Part shown: positions 1-11,984 of the stretch, piece after piece
Position numbering within the stretch: position 1 is the first letter of the stretch
How the letters are laid out: each line of letters begins with the position of its first letter
NCBI RefSeq assembly: GCF_006345805.1
Contig: NC_043010.1
Coordinates: forward strand, 66,030,001-66,094,000
DNA: 64,000 nt
Source of the DNA: Octopus sinensis
Taxonomy: Eukaryota
Reading direction: 5' to 3'
Made by a program: the position numbers and the translations under genes
The notes under the pieces: model-generated
Told to the model about the DNA's origin: nothing
The model's database searches: none
The model's input: the letters and a program-made list of their open reading frames with translations, nothing else

Positions 1-337
1 AGAGAATTGTGGTTCCTCTGTCCCAGCTTAAAGTAGTGTGGGTCTTTTATGAAGGAACTGGTTGGAGAGACAAGAATGAAGCAAATGTCAGTGGAAGGAG
101 GAGGAGGAGGAGGAGGAGGAGGGGGAGGTTAAGACTTGCCAGGAGAGGGATGAGTGTAGGAGTATAGGAGAGTAGGGGGAGGGTTACTGCAGAAAGGAAG
201 AGGTGGGGAAAGAGAGAGAGAGAGAAGAGAGAGAGAGAAAGAGAGAGAGAGAAAGAGAGAAAGAGAGAGAGAGAAAGAGAGAAAGAGGAGAGAGGGGGGG
301 AGAGGGAGAGTGGTGAGTGAGAACTTAGTGTGGAAGC

Positions 338-469
338 ATGCAGACAATAACATCATGTTATTTTCAAAGAGCTAGACACATACAAGCAGCATGTGTAGAT
401 GTTTTATATGGTCATACACATGTGTGCAGCGCATATATACATGTGTGTGTGGGTATATATATATGTGTG

Positions 470-537
<68 letters not shown>

Positions 538-636
538 CTATATATTATATATTGTGTGTGGTATATATATATATATATATGTGTGTGTATATATATGTGT
601 GTATATATACATATATATACACACATATATTATATA

Positions 637-684
<48 letters not shown>

Positions 685-845
685 CATATACATATATATA
701 TTTATATATATATATATATACACATGTATATATATATATACACATATATATATATATATACACATGTATATTATATACATGTATAATATATATATATACA
801 CATGTATGTAATATATGTATGTATAAATATACACATACATATTGT

Positions 846-887
<42 letters not shown>

Positions 888-1130
888 GAACACAGTATAG
901 TCATATAGATATATGTGTGTGTATATATATATATTACATATATGACACACAGACATATGTATGTATGTATGTATGTATATACACATATGTTGATATATAC
1001 ATATGTATATATTAGTACATAACATTACTAGTTATTAGTATAATAGATACATAAATACAAACATGGGTATGCACAATATTTATACATACATTTTACACAC
1101 ACACACACACACACGCACATGCACACAGAC
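338..1130. repeat. (TA)n/(TATG)n/(CA)n microsatellite block
   Basis: Directly visible dinucleotide arrays; they generate the YIYI/ICIY ORFs. Confidence 0.95.
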
Positions 1131-1499
1131 ACAAAATTAAGGACATCTAATTATACGCATGATATATGCATAATTCCAGTTAATTGCATAAAATTGTCTA
1201 ATGATATTTTGTAAAAATACACTGGAACACAAAACACAACATTTCATTTTATGTTTAAAACAAAATGTGATTCTGGAAGCTTCTGTTTCCATAAGTTGAG
1301 AAGACAACAACCGATATGTCCATGTTTGCAGAAGGGCCAAACGCATTCTGGTTATTCTTACTATTTCAATGAATTCGACCCTCCTGAGAACACTCTTTAT
1401 TCTTTGATGCAAACTTCCTGCTTTAAGTTGATCTAAACTAAAATATGCCACTAAAATTTCATGTTTATTTAGGTTCCAAACACCAGTTTAAAAATACCA

Positions 1500-1816
1500 G
1501 TGCCAGTGGCACATAAGAGAATCATCCGAACGTGGCCGTTCGCCAGCGCCGCCCTGACTGGCTTCCGTGCCGGTGGCACGTAAAAAGCACCATCCGATCG
1601 TGGCCGTTTGCCAGCCTCGTGCGGCACCTGTGCCGGTGGCACGTAAAAAGCACCCACTACACTCATGGAGTGGTTGGTGTTAGGAAGGTCCGTAGAAACA
1701 TTGCCAGATCAGACTGGGCCTGGTGCAGCCTTCTGGCTTCCCAGACACCAGTTGAACCGTCCAACCCATGCTAGCACGGAGAACGGACGTTAAACGAAGA
1801 TGATGATGATGATGAT
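1500..1816 (+). mobile_element. RTE LINE 3' UTR fragment (5'-truncated) with (GAT)n tail
   Basis: GTGCC-N3-GGCAC-GTAAAAAGCAC repeats, then ...AACCGTCCAACCCATGCTAGC...GGACGTTAAACG and (GAT)n. The same 3' UTR follows an RTE ORF C-terminus at 17039-17128. Confidence 0.75.
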
Positions 1817-1877
1817 TTAACTAAATCCTTCATTTTTTACAAAATTTATTGAAACCACAGTATTTCAACAGAAATTA

Positions 1878-2295
1878 TCATGATCATCATCATCGTTTAC
1901 AGTGGATGGTTTGACTGAGGACTGGCAAGCCAGATGGCTGCACCAGGCTCCAATCTGATCTGTCAGAGTTTCTACAGCTTGATGCCATTCCTAACGCCAA
2001 CCACTCCGAGAGTGTAGTGGATACTTTTACGTGACACCGGCACGAGGGCCGGTCAGGTGATACTGGCAACGGCCACGCTCAAATGGTGTTTTTTATGTGC
2101 CACCTGTACAGGAGCCAGTCCAGCGGCACTGGCAACAACCTCGCTCAAATATTGTTTTTCACATGCCACCAGCACAAGTTTCAGTAATGCACCGCTGGCA
2201 ACGATCACGCTCGAATGGTGCTTTTTATGTGTCACTGGCATGGGAGCCAGTCAATGGCCCTGGTAACAATCATGCTCGGATGGTGCTTTTAATGT
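1878..2295 (-). mobile_element. RTE LINE 3' UTR fragment
   Basis: Reverse complement of the same family, with a (CAT)n tail at the left end. Confidence 0.75.
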
Positions 2296-2350
2296 TCCAC
2301 AACAACAAAAAGTTAACCCTTTTCATACCAAACTGCCAAGGCCCATTCTG

Positions 2351-2828
2351 TTTTAACCCATTTGTTACCATATTTCTATTGAGATGCTGTGTGTTTCTTT
2401 CAATTAATTTTAAATATAACAAAGAATTTAGTAAAATAACTTAATTATAATTAAGCTTGTGTTAGGAACCTAAATTGTGACTAAGGTTTGGTGGAAGATT
2501 ATAAGTCAAAACTTATGAAAACAAGACATTTGGAGCCAGAACCGGTTTCAGCCAGATTGGTATCAAAAGTGTTAAGAATTGTTTCTCTATTATATATTTT
2601 AACCCTTTTGTTACTGCATTTATTTTGAGATGCTCTGTGTTCCTTTCAATTACTTAAAATATAGCAAAGAATTTAGTAAAATAACTTAGTTATCATTAAG
2701 CCAATATTAGGAACCTAAATTGTGACTAAGGTTTGGTGGAAGATTTTAAGTCAAAACTTATGAAGACAAGACATTTGTACTACAGAGCCAGAGACGGTTT
2801 CAGCCAGGTTGGTATCAAAAGGGTTAAA
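2351..2828 (+). mobile_element. Tandem pair of piggyBac-like MITEs
   Basis: Two ~225-bp units bounded by TTAA-CCC(A/T)TTTGTTAC ... GGTATCAAAAG(T/G)G-TTAA, separated by a ~20-bp spacer. Confidence 0.7.
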
Positions 2829-2895
2829 GTAATCTAAATTAAAACCTTCCATAAAACCTTAATTTATATTCCAAACCCCTGCTTAGTAATGACTA

Positions 2896-3104
2896 CGAGG
2901 GGGTGCTGAAAAGTTCTTGGCTTTGGGTAAAAGAAAATACAGGTGGATCAGATAATTATGATTTTATTCAACATATTCCCCTCTCAGATTCACACACTTT
3001 TTGCAGTGGTTCTTCTAAGCCCTGTAAATGAACTCAAAGGGTTGGGCCTGCAGCCTGGCATTTCAGGATACCCTTAAAGGCAGAAACTTTTTGGCACCCC
3101 CTCG
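2896..3104. mobile_element. Mariner-type MITE
   Basis: TA-CGAGGGGGTGCTGAAAAGTT ... AACTTTTTGGCACCCCCTCG-TA: ~20-bp TIR with TA TSD. Partial second copy at 15712-15810. Confidence 0.85.
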
Positions 3105-3262
3105 TAAGATATTTTACTAAAGCCTGGTACTAATCCTATCAGGCATTTTTTCTGCTGAAGTTACAGGGACATAAACAAACCAACACCAATCATCAAGCAG
3201 TGGGGTGACAGGGCAAACGCGGACACATAAACACACATACACACAAAATCAAAGGGCCTTAA

Positions 3263-3482
3263 CCCTTTAGCATTCAGATTACTCTGTCAAATGTAAAGCC
3301 TCTTTAATCACATTGTTTTAAATTAATTGTTCAGCATCTTGTAACTCTGAGATTTTGATGATGTCCCTGTTTATTTTTAGAATGACTTTGTAGGGTAGGT
3401 GTGAGAGGTCAGAGCTGGTTGGTTTGAGCATAAAACAGGAAGACAATTTTGGCCTGATATGGACGGTCTAAACACTAAAGGG
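3263..3482. mobile_element. piggyBac-like MITE
   Basis: TTAA-CCCTTTAG ... CTAAAGGG-TTAA. Degraded copy at about 20500-20710. Confidence 0.8.
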
Positions 3483-3489
3483 TTAAAGA

Positions 3490-3704
3490 TAACTTGGCAG
3501 AGACCAAAATTCTAATAAGCAAGAAAACAGACAGGACTCTACTGCCCCCAGGAAAAGGTATATGCTTGATATGTAGGAAAGAAGTAGGTAGAGATTCCAT
3601 ATAGTGTACTCAATGCAAGGTATGGGCAGACAAGCGATGCAGTGGAATTGCAGTGAAGTTAAGAGAGTAAGTAAACTTTGTATGTGGCATAAATACTAGC
3701 AACA

Positions 3705-3736
<32 letters not shown>

Positions 3737-4436
3737 ATTAACATCCGCTTTCCATGCTAGCATGGGTTGGACGGTTCAACTGGGGTCTGGGAAGCCCGAA
3801 GGCTGCACCAGGCCCAGTCAGATCTGGCAGTGTTTCTACAGCTGGATGCCCTTCCTAACGCCAACCACTCCGTGAGTGTAGTGGGTCCTTTATATGTGCC
3901 ACCGACACAGGTGCCAGACGAGGCTGGCGAACGGCCACGCTCGGATGGTGCTTTTTACGTGCCACCAGCACGGAGGCCAGGCGATGCTGGTAACGGCCAC
4001 GATCGGATGGTGTTTGTTATGTGCCACCAGCACGGAGGCCAATCAATGCAGTGCTGGCTACAGCCACGTTCGGATGGCTCCCTTATGTGCCACCAGCACT
4101 GGTACCACAAACTACAAATTCCATTGACAAAGAGAATAAATTTCCATGAATGCCCAGGAGGGTCCCTATAGGTAATACAGAGTTTCTGTTGCTTAGGAGA
4201 CCTAATTAGCAGTGGAGCAGGAGGTTGTTCTGAATGTATAGTTGCTATAATAAGAACTGGCTGGAGAAAGTTCAGAGAACTATTATCTCTGTGGGGAATG
4301 AAAGTTTTCTCTCATATGATGCTTGCATGTGAACAGTAATACTACATGGTAGTGAGGTGTAAGCCGTGAATGCAGAGGACATGTAAAGACTAGAAAGAAA
4401 TGAAGACTGGAAGAAATGAAAGAAATGAAGAAATTA
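3490..4436 (+). pseudogene. Decayed RTE ORF fragment (Cys-rich insert plus RT C-terminal part), interrupted by an RTE 3' UTR copy
   Basis: Manual translation with stops/frameshifts: NLAETKILISKK..CLICRKEVGRDSI*CTQCKVWADKRCSGI...SFCCLGDLISSG..GWRKFRELL..AEDM*RLERNE. Confidence 0.7.
3706..4095 (-). mobile_element. RTE LINE 3' UTR fragment
   Basis: (CAT)n tail at 3706-3735, then the reverse-complemented family body. Confidence 0.8.
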
Positions 4437-4938
4437 AGGCGGCAAGCTGGCAGACACGTTAGCACGCCGGGCGAAATGCTTAGCGGTATTTCGTCTGCCG
4501 CTAAGTTCTGAGTTCAAATTCCGCCGAGGTCGACTTTGCCTTTCATCCTTTCGGGGTCGATAAATAAAGTACCAGTTTCGCACTGGGGTTGATGTAATCG
4601 ACTTAATCCATTTGCCTGTCCTTGTTTGTCCTCTCTGTGTTTAGCCCCTTGTGGGTAGTAAAGAAATAGGTATTTCGTCTGCCACTAGGTTCTGAGTTCA
4701 AATTCCGCCGAGGTCGACTTTGCCTTTCATCCTTTCGGGGTCGATAAATAAAGTACCAGTTTCGCACTGGGGTCGATGTAATCGACTTAATCCATTTGTC
4801 TGTCCTTGTTTGTCCTCTCTGTGTTTAGCCCCTTGTGGGTAGTAAAGAAATAGGTATTTCGTCTGCCGCTAGGTTCTGAGTTCAAATTCCGCCGAGGTCG
4901 ACTTTGCCTTTCATCCTTTCGGGGTCGATAAATTAAGT
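4437..4938 (+). mobile_element. tRNA-derived SINE (family B), head plus ~2.4 tandem ~184-bp units
   Basis: A-box-like GGCAAGCTGGCAGA, B-box GAGTTCAAATTCC, central GACTTTGCCTTTCATCCTTTCGGGGTCGATAAAT-AAGTACCAG; units rejoin at GAAATAGG|TATTTCGTC. Confidence 0.85.
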
Positions 4939-4944
4939 TAACTC

Positions 4945-5520
4945 AGAGTTAACTTAACAGAGACCAACATGTTAAGTAGGAAATAAGATAGGACCCTGAC
5001 CTTATCAGGGAAACGGCTTTGTTTGATATACAGAATGGAAGTAAATAGGAATTCTATATCCAATGTAAACTATGGACATACAAGAGGTGCAGAGAGATAA
5101 CTGGCAAACTAACAGAGAAAGCAGGCCCTTCATGTTGCAGAAGCACAGGAGCTATAAACATGAAGAGCACACAGAAAATAGTCACTTTCAAATGCTCAGA
5201 GGGTTACTTAAAAACAGTTGACAGCTTTTGTTACCTGCCTAGTTAATCTAATTAACAGTGGAGGTGAATATTCTGAAAGCATAATAGCCAAAGTAAGAAA
5301 GTTCAGGTAGTTATTGCTTTTGTTGATTACAAAGGTTTCTCTCTCAGACTGAAAAGCAGAATGTGTGATGCCTGTGTACACAGGTAGCAATATTTGGACC
5401 CTAAATGCAGAGGACCTGTGAAAACTAGAAAGAAATGAAGCAAGCATGCATCAGTGATTGTGTGTTGTTTAGTGTGCATGAACAACAAGAGTACAAATGA
5501 ACCGAGAGGCAAAAACTATG
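4945..5520 (+). pseudogene. Second decayed RTE ORF fragment covering the same protein region
   Basis: Translation: QCKLWTYKRCREITGKLTEK...LKTVDSFCYL...KGFSLRLKSRM..DACV..WTLNAEDL*KLERNEASM. Confidence 0.7.
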
Positions 5521-5539
5521 TATTAATATGGAGTATATA

Positions 5540-5692
5540 GGTGTAGGAGTGGCTGTGTGGTAAGTAGCTTGCTTACGAACCACATGGTTCCGGGTGGCAC
5601 CTTGGGCAAGTGTCTTCTACTATAGCCTCGTGCCGACCAAAGCCTTGTGAGAGGATTCGGCAGACGGAAACTGAAAAGAAGCCCATCACATA

Positions 5693-5791
<99 letters not shown>

Positions 5792-6018
5792 GTGTGTTTG
5801 TGCGTGAGTATTTTGTGTCTTGTTTGTCCCCCCAACATCGTTTGACAACGGAAGCTGGTGTGTTTACGTCCCCATAACTCAGCGGTTCAGCAAAACAGGC
5901 CGATAGAATAAGTACTAGGCTTCCAAAGAGTAAGTCCTGGGGTCGATTTGCTCGACTAAAGGCAGTGTTCCAGCATGGCCACAGTCAAATGACTGAAACA
6001 AGTAAAAGAGAGTAAAAG
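5540..6018 (+). mobile_element. tRNA-derived SINE (family A), near full length with internal (TA)/(TG) microsatellite
   Basis: Head GGxGxAGGAGTGGCTGTGTGGTAAG...GGTTCC; tail GACTGAAACAAGTAAAAGAG; more than 15 copies in the window. Confidence 0.85.
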
Positions 6019-6030
6019 TGTATATAAGAC

Positions 6031-6240
6031 AGTGAGCTGGCAGAATCATTAACACACCAGGTAAAATGTTCAGGTGCATTTAACCCGTCTTTACATCCTG
6101 AGCTGGAATTCCATTGAGGCTGACTTTTCTTTTCATCCTTTCAGGGTTGATAAAATAAATATCAATCAACCATTGTCGATGTAATTAACGAGCCTCCTCC
6201 TGTCAAAATTTCAGGTCTTGTGCCTATTGCAGAAATGAAT
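6031..6240 (+). mobile_element. SINE family B, degraded, alternative tail
   Basis: GAGCTGGCAGAATC head, TTTCATCCTTTCAGGGTTGATAAA core, TTTCAGGTCTTGTGCCTA tail. Confidence 0.6.
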
Positions 6241-6261
6241 ATTCTATTTATTTATGCGCCC

Positions 6262-6554
6262 TTTTCAAGGCTAGCCAGGCTCATAGGCCCAGTTTCCCAG
6301 TTTCTGTGGCATATGTGTTCCCCCTAGCTGGACGGGATGCCAGTCCATCGCAGCGTTACTCAAGAAATAGGAAGAGAGAGTGAGAGAAAGTTGGGGGCGA
6401 AAGAGTACAACAGGGGTTGCCACCACCCCCTGCCGGAGCCTCGTAGAGCTTTAGGTGTTTTTGCTCAATAAATATACACAACGCCCAGTCGGGAAATCGA
6501 AACTGCGATCCTCCGACCGCGAGTCCGCCGCCCTAACCACTGGGCCATTGTACC
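6262..6554 (-). mobile_element. tRNA-derived SINE (family D)
   Basis: Reverse complement of head CAATGGCCCAGTGGTTAGGGCGGCGGACTCGCGGTCG...GGTTTCGATT. Confidence 0.75.
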
Positions 6555-6659
6555 TTTACTAGAAATGAATATTAAGGTGGTAAGCTAGCAGAATTGTTAG
6601 CATACCAGGTAATATGCCTAGTGGCATTTTGTCCAGGAGATTCAGGTGGAAAGAAGAAT

Positions 6660-6900
6660 AAGACCAGCAGGTTATGTTTCCTGACTGCTGGAAGAACAAA
6701 TGCCCAAGGTAGCTATAGAACAGGCCCCACCAGAGGGACAAAGAGAGGGAGACCTAAGAAAACACAGCACATCACCTTCAAAGAATATCTAAAACAACTC
6801 AGCTTCACCTGGAAGGACACGGGTGATTATGCTGAAAACTGGGATTATTGGAGACATCTTGTTGCCCAATGTACAAGGCCAAACTCACAGGAAGAACTAA
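6660..6900 (+). pseudogene. RTE-type LINE ORF C-terminal remnant
   Basis: MPKVAIEQAP../KRGRPKKTQHITFKEYLKQLSFTWKD...YWRHLVAQC matches the RTE C-terminal KRxRGRPxxxW...WRxLV pattern. Confidence 0.6.
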
Positions 6901-7010
6901 AACAAAGTCATCACTTCCTCTCCCTTCCGTCCTTCACTCTTACAATTGATCACCTTCACCTGAACACCCCCCCCTACATACACACAATCTGCTAAGTTTC
7001 ACCCACTTCT

Positions 7011-7411
7011 CTTTTACTCTTTTACTTGTTTCAGTCATCTGACTGTGGCCATGCTGGAGCAACGCCTTTAGTCGAGCAAATCGACCCCAGGACTTATTCG
7101 TTGTAAGCCTAGTATTTATTCTATCGGTCTCTTTTGTCGAACTGCTAAGTTACGGGGACGTAAACACACCAGCATCGGTTGTCAAGCGATGTTGTGAGGA
7201 CAAACACACAAACATACACACACACACATATATATATATACATATATACGACGGGCTTCTTTCAGTTTCCTTCTACCAAATCCACTCACAAGGCTTTGGT
7301 CAACCCGAGGCTATAGTAGAAGACACCTGCCCAAGATGCCACGCACTGAGACTGAACCCAGAACCATATGGTTGGTAAGCAAGCTACTTACCACACAGCC
7401 ACTCCTACGCC
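7011..7411 (-). mobile_element. SINE family A, full length
   Basis: Reverse complement of the family A consensus from CTTTTACTC tail to CTCCTACGCC head. Confidence 0.85.
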
Positions 7412-7719
7412 TCTTGATTTTTCTTCTTTTATTACTCTTTCTTCTACTCCTCACCTGTGCAATGCTACATAAAATCCCCCATGTGGTGCCATGTTAAAAA
7501 GCACCCAGCAGACTCTGTAAAGTGGTTGGTGTTAGGAAGGGCATCCAGCTGTAGAAACCCAGCCAAATCAGATTGGAACCTGGTACAGCTCTCTGGTGTA
7601 ATGGTTCCAGTGAAACTGTCAAACCCATGCCAGCAGGGAAAAGGGACACTGAATGACGATGACAATATGTACACATATTGATAGACTTCCTTCAGTTTTC
7701 ATCTACCAAATCCTAACCA

Positions 7720-7990
7720 CTACCACCACCACTGTCACCATTACTACAAGTCTACCACCACCACTATCACAATCAACACCACCACCACAACCACCACCAC
7801 TATCACCACCACCACCACCAACACAGCCTCTACCACCACAACTGCTACCACCACTACCAACATCACCACCACCACCACCACCACCACCGCCACCACCACC
7901 ACCACAACCACCACCACTACCACCACAACTACCACCACCACAACTACCACCACAATTACTACTACCATCACTACCACCACCACCATTATC
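7720..7990. repeat. (ACC)n low-complexity tract inside a SINE A remnant
   Basis: Direct reading; flanked by SINE A fragments at 7680-7715 and 8010-8168. Confidence 0.85.
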
Positions 7991-8413
7991 ATGATCACCA
8001 GGTAATATGTGACGGGCTTCTTTCAGTTTCTGTCTGCCAAATCCATTTGCAAGATTTTGGGTGGTCAGGGACCAAAGCAGGGGACAATTGCTCAGAGTGC
8101 CACATAGTAGGACTGAACAGAAAACCATGTGGTTCCCTAGGAAGCAGACTTCTTACCACACAGCCACGCTTGTGCCACAGGCTTCTTTCAGTTTCTTCCT
8201 ACACAATCCACTCTCAATGTTTTGGTCAGTCTGGGGCCATGGTAGAAATTACTTGCCTGAAACGCCATATCTATTGATTTGGTAAGTATATATTTATTAA
8301 TATTTAACAGAAGCAACAGAGTCACTCAAGGTCCTGGAGTCCGACGCAGCTCCCCAGCTTTCCAGTTCTGGTCAAACCATCCGACCCATGCCAGCATGGA
8401 CAACAGATGTTAA

Positions 8414-8454
<41 letters not shown>

Positions 8455-8884
8455 GATGATGATGATGATACATATACATCAATCGCTTGCGAGGACCCTT
8501 ACAATGTTACAAGGTAACCCTGCTTAGTGTTGGTGCCACAATAAAATGCACCCAGTTCACTCACCCACTAAAAGTGGCAAGCATGCAAGCGGAGACAACA
8601 TATAGCAACAAGGGGACCCTTTAGACTTTTTGAGAACAAAACAACATCACAAGCAACATGGAAACACACCATGAACGGTCTGCAAAAGGGAAGGGGAAGT
8701 GATAAAAAAAAAAAAGGAATCTAGACCCTAAGTAAAAGATAGGATACACACCCCAAGTAAAAGATAGGATACATGTGAGAAACCTGCTCCTGAGAACCAT
8801 TTAGTAGGGCAGCAAAGGAATAATACACAAAAAAACCAACTCAGATCATAACAATTTAATTATCGTCATGGTACTTTGTCAGTT

Positions 8885-9263
8885 ATAATGACGAGGGTTC
8901 CAGTTGATCTGATCAACGGAACAGCCTGCTCGTGAAATTAACGTGCAAGTGGCAGAGCACTCCACAGACGTGTGTACCCTTAACGTAGTTCTCGGGGAAA
9001 TTCAGCATGTGACAAAGCTGGCCCTTTGAAATACAGGTACAAGAGAAACAGGAATAAAGAGTGAAGGAAAGTTGTGGTGAAAGAGTGAAGGAAAGTTGTG
9101 ATGAAAGAGTACAGCAGGGTTCACCACTACCCCCTGCCAAAGCCACGTGGAGCTTTAGGTGCTTTTGCTCAATAAACACTCTCAATACCCGGTCTGGGAA
9201 TCGAAACCGTGATTGTACGACTGCAAGTCCACTGCCCTAACCACTGGGCCATTGTGCCTCCAC
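8885..9263 (-). mobile_element. SINE family D, full length
   Basis: tRNA-like head at 9190-9263; tail CAACGGAACAGCCTGCTCGTGAAATTAACGTGC shared with 19947-20327. Confidence 0.8.
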
Positions 9264-9612
9264 ACATATACACAATCACACACACATATATGTATATATA
9301 CATACATACATGTAGTAAAGTTAGCTTCTGGCTTAAGCCCCAATTTGTGGCACCTTTGGCAAGTGTTTTCTACTAAAGTCTTAGGCTGACCAAAGTGGAT
9401 TTGGTAGACTGAAAGTGTGTGTGTGTGTGTGTTGTGTTTGTCCCCCACCACCACTTGATAACCAGTGTTGGTGTATTTACATCCCTAGACATAAAAATAA
9501 GAATAATACTAGAGTTGATTCATTCAACTAAAATTCCTCAAGGTATGGCCACAGTCTAATAACTGAAGCAAGTAAAAGATAAAAGATACACACACACATA
9601 TATATACATATA

Positions 9613-9952
9613 TATAAAATATTATTAGAGACAAAACCACTATTTTGCAAAACAAACAAGGAAAGACTTAATCAATACATAAAATTTTAATAAATAGTCA
9701 AAAAAACCGCCACTACAATTGTTACTTGTCTTGATCGACAATCTTCAGGTGGACTTCCAATAAGTCAGTTTCAAATTATGAAGTCATAATTTGAAACTGA
9801 CTTATTGGAAGTCCACCTGAAGATTGTCGATCAAGACAAGTAACAATTGTAGTGGCGGTTTTTTTGACTATTTATTAAAATTTTATGTATTGATTAAGTC
9901 TTTCCTTGTTTGTTTTGCAAAATAGTGGTTTTGTCTCTAATAATATTTTATA
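9613..9952. repeat. Perfect 340-bp palindrome (169-bp arms, 2-nt spacer)
   Basis: Base-by-base symmetry about 9782/9783 (paired coordinates sum to 19565). Confidence 0.95.
9813..9855 (+). ncRNA. Minimal type-I hammerhead-like fold with A13U core variant (mirror copy 9710-9752, -)
   Basis: CCAC-CTGAAGA-TTGTC-gatcaa-GACAA-GTAAC-aatt-GT-A-GTGG: stems I, II and palindromic stem III (ACAATTGT) all pair; GAAA reads GTAA. Confidence 0.6.
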
Positions 9953-10059
9953 ATATTTTACTATAAAATTGGATTTAATCCTAAATCTGATTTTTTCCCT
10001 GTAAATTTGGATTTATTCCCTAATATTTATTATATACATATATATATATATATACATAT

Positions 10060-10473
10060 GGTAAGTAGCTTGTCTACCAACCACATGGTTCCGGGTTCAG
10101 TCCCACTGTGTGGCACCTTGGGCAAGTGTCTTCCACTATAGCCTCGGGCCGACCAAAGCCTTGTGAGTGGATTTGGTAGACGGAAACTGAAAGAAGCCCG
10201 TCGTATATATGTATATATACGGCCGGATGGCTGAAACAAGTAAAAGAGTAAAAGAGAGAGTATATATGCGTGTGTGTTTGTGTGTCTGTGTTTGTCCCCT
10301 AGCATTGCTTGACAACCGATGCTGGTGTGTTTACGTCCCCGTCACTTAGCGGTTCGGCAAAATAGACCGATAGAATAAGTACTGGGCTTACAAAGAATAA
10401 GTCCCGGTGTTGATTTGCTTGACTAAAGGCGGTGCTCCAGCATGGCAGCAGCCGAATGACTGAAACAAGTAAA
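10060..10473 (+). mobile_element. SINE family A
   Basis: Family consensus from GGTAAGTAGCTTG to ACTGAAACAAGTAAAA, with an extra internal tail copy. Confidence 0.8.
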
Positions 10474-10509
10474 ATCATCATCATCATCATAATGCTAGCA
10501 TAGGTTGGA

Positions 10510-10672
10510 CGATATGCATACTTTGTAAAGTGGTTGGTGTTAGGAAGGGCATTCAGTCGTAGCAAACGATGCCAAATCAGACTGGAGTCTGGTGCAGCCT
10601 TCCAGCTTACCAGCCCTGGTCAAACCGTCCAACCCATGCCAGCATGGACAACAGACATTAAATGATGACGAT
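10510..10672 (+). mobile_element. RTE 3' end fragment
   Basis: GTGGTTGGTGTTAGGAAGGGCAT...AACCGTCCAACCCATGCCAGCATGG...ATGATGACGAT. Confidence 0.7.
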
Positions 10673-10769
10673 AAATTACATATATATATATACAAACACA
10701 TACATATATGAAAACAAACACACATGGATATGCATACACATATATCAGACTATACACTACATGTGTGCT

Positions 10770-10813
10770 CAGTAGTAGTAGTAGTAGTGGTAGTAGTAGT
10801 AGTAGTAGTAGTA

Positions 10814-10855
<42 letters not shown>

Positions 10856-10857
10856 TG

Positions 10858-10894
<37 letters not shown>

Positions 10895-11386
10895 TAGTAG
10901 TAGTAGTAGTGGTGGTAGTAGTAGTTGTGGTGGTGGTGGTGGTGGTGGTGGTGGTGGTGGTGGTGGTGGTGATGGTGGTGGTAAAAAAACAGCAGCAGCA
11001 GCATTAGGGCAGGGAGAAAGAGAGAGGGGAGGTTGAGGCTACATGTGGATGACACAGAGGGGTGGGGCACATATGCTGGTTGGCATGGTCACATTAATAA
11101 TATAAGTCCCATCTTCATCTCACTGTCCTCCTCTCCTCCTCCTCCTCCATCACCTCCTCCTCCTCCTCCATCACCTTCTCCTCCTCCTCTTCCTGTCATT
11201 GTCTGGCCTGAAACAAGTGAATCTGTTAAAAAGTGAGTTGGAGATAGGTTAGATGGGGGAGGGGGGTGGAAGAGGTGGTGAGGTGGTGGTGGTGGTGGTG
11301 GTGGTGGCAGTGAAGGGTGGCTGTGTTGTGATGTGATGGCGATGGCAGTGGAGGTGGTGGAGGAGTAACAGTGGTGACTATGGCGA

Positions 11387-11420
<34 letters not shown>

Positions 11421-11561
11421 GGTGGTAGTAGTGGTGGCAAACGTTAAGGAGGACCACAGCGATGATGATGATGATGATGATGATGACGACGACGATGGTG
11501 ATGATGATGATGGTGATGATGATGATGATGATGATGATGATGGTGGTGATGATGATGGTGG

Positions 11562-11592
<31 letters not shown>

Positions 11593-11638
11593 GGTGGTGG
11601 TACTAGTGTTGGCAAAGCCAAGGAGGACCACAGCGATA

Positions 11639-11671
<33 letters not shown>

Positions 11672-11680
11672 TTAGTTGAC
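10770..11680. repeat. Trinucleotide low-complexity block (GTA/GTG/CCT/GAT)
   Basis: Direct reading; source of the poly-V/M/D/H ORFs. Confidence 0.9.
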
Positions 11681-11984
11681 TGTGGTGGCAGTAGTGGGGC
11701 CGGAGGGGGGGAAGAGGAGGGAAGAGGGGGGAAGAGGGGTGGCAATGATGATGGGGGTAAATTGACTGGGTGGCAGAGTGTAGTCATGTGGAGGTGGGGT
11801 GTCCTGTGGAGGTGGGGTGCCGTGTGATGGTTGTGGTGGTGGTAGTGGTGAGAAATGAAGTGTGGTTTTCAAAGACCACCCCCCCCACCTCCCCCCCCCG
11901 GGTTGCAAAAATGATTAACTACTTCCAACAAGCAATATGGAAAAAAAAAAAATTATCTAGCTGCTTCTTCATTCTTCCTATATA

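Noticed and set aside
129-1025. Many overlapping ORFs (YIYI, LSLS)
   Set aside because: Translations of (TA)n/(GA)n microsatellites, open in all frames. The same applies to the ORFs at 10.7-12.8, 25.5-30.3, 33.7-34.5 and 38.3-38.9 kb.
4488-4938. Regularly spaced repeats resembling a CRISPR or satellite array (also 51831-52568)
   Set aside because: No unique spacers; the units are SINE bodies with B boxes in a eukaryotic context.
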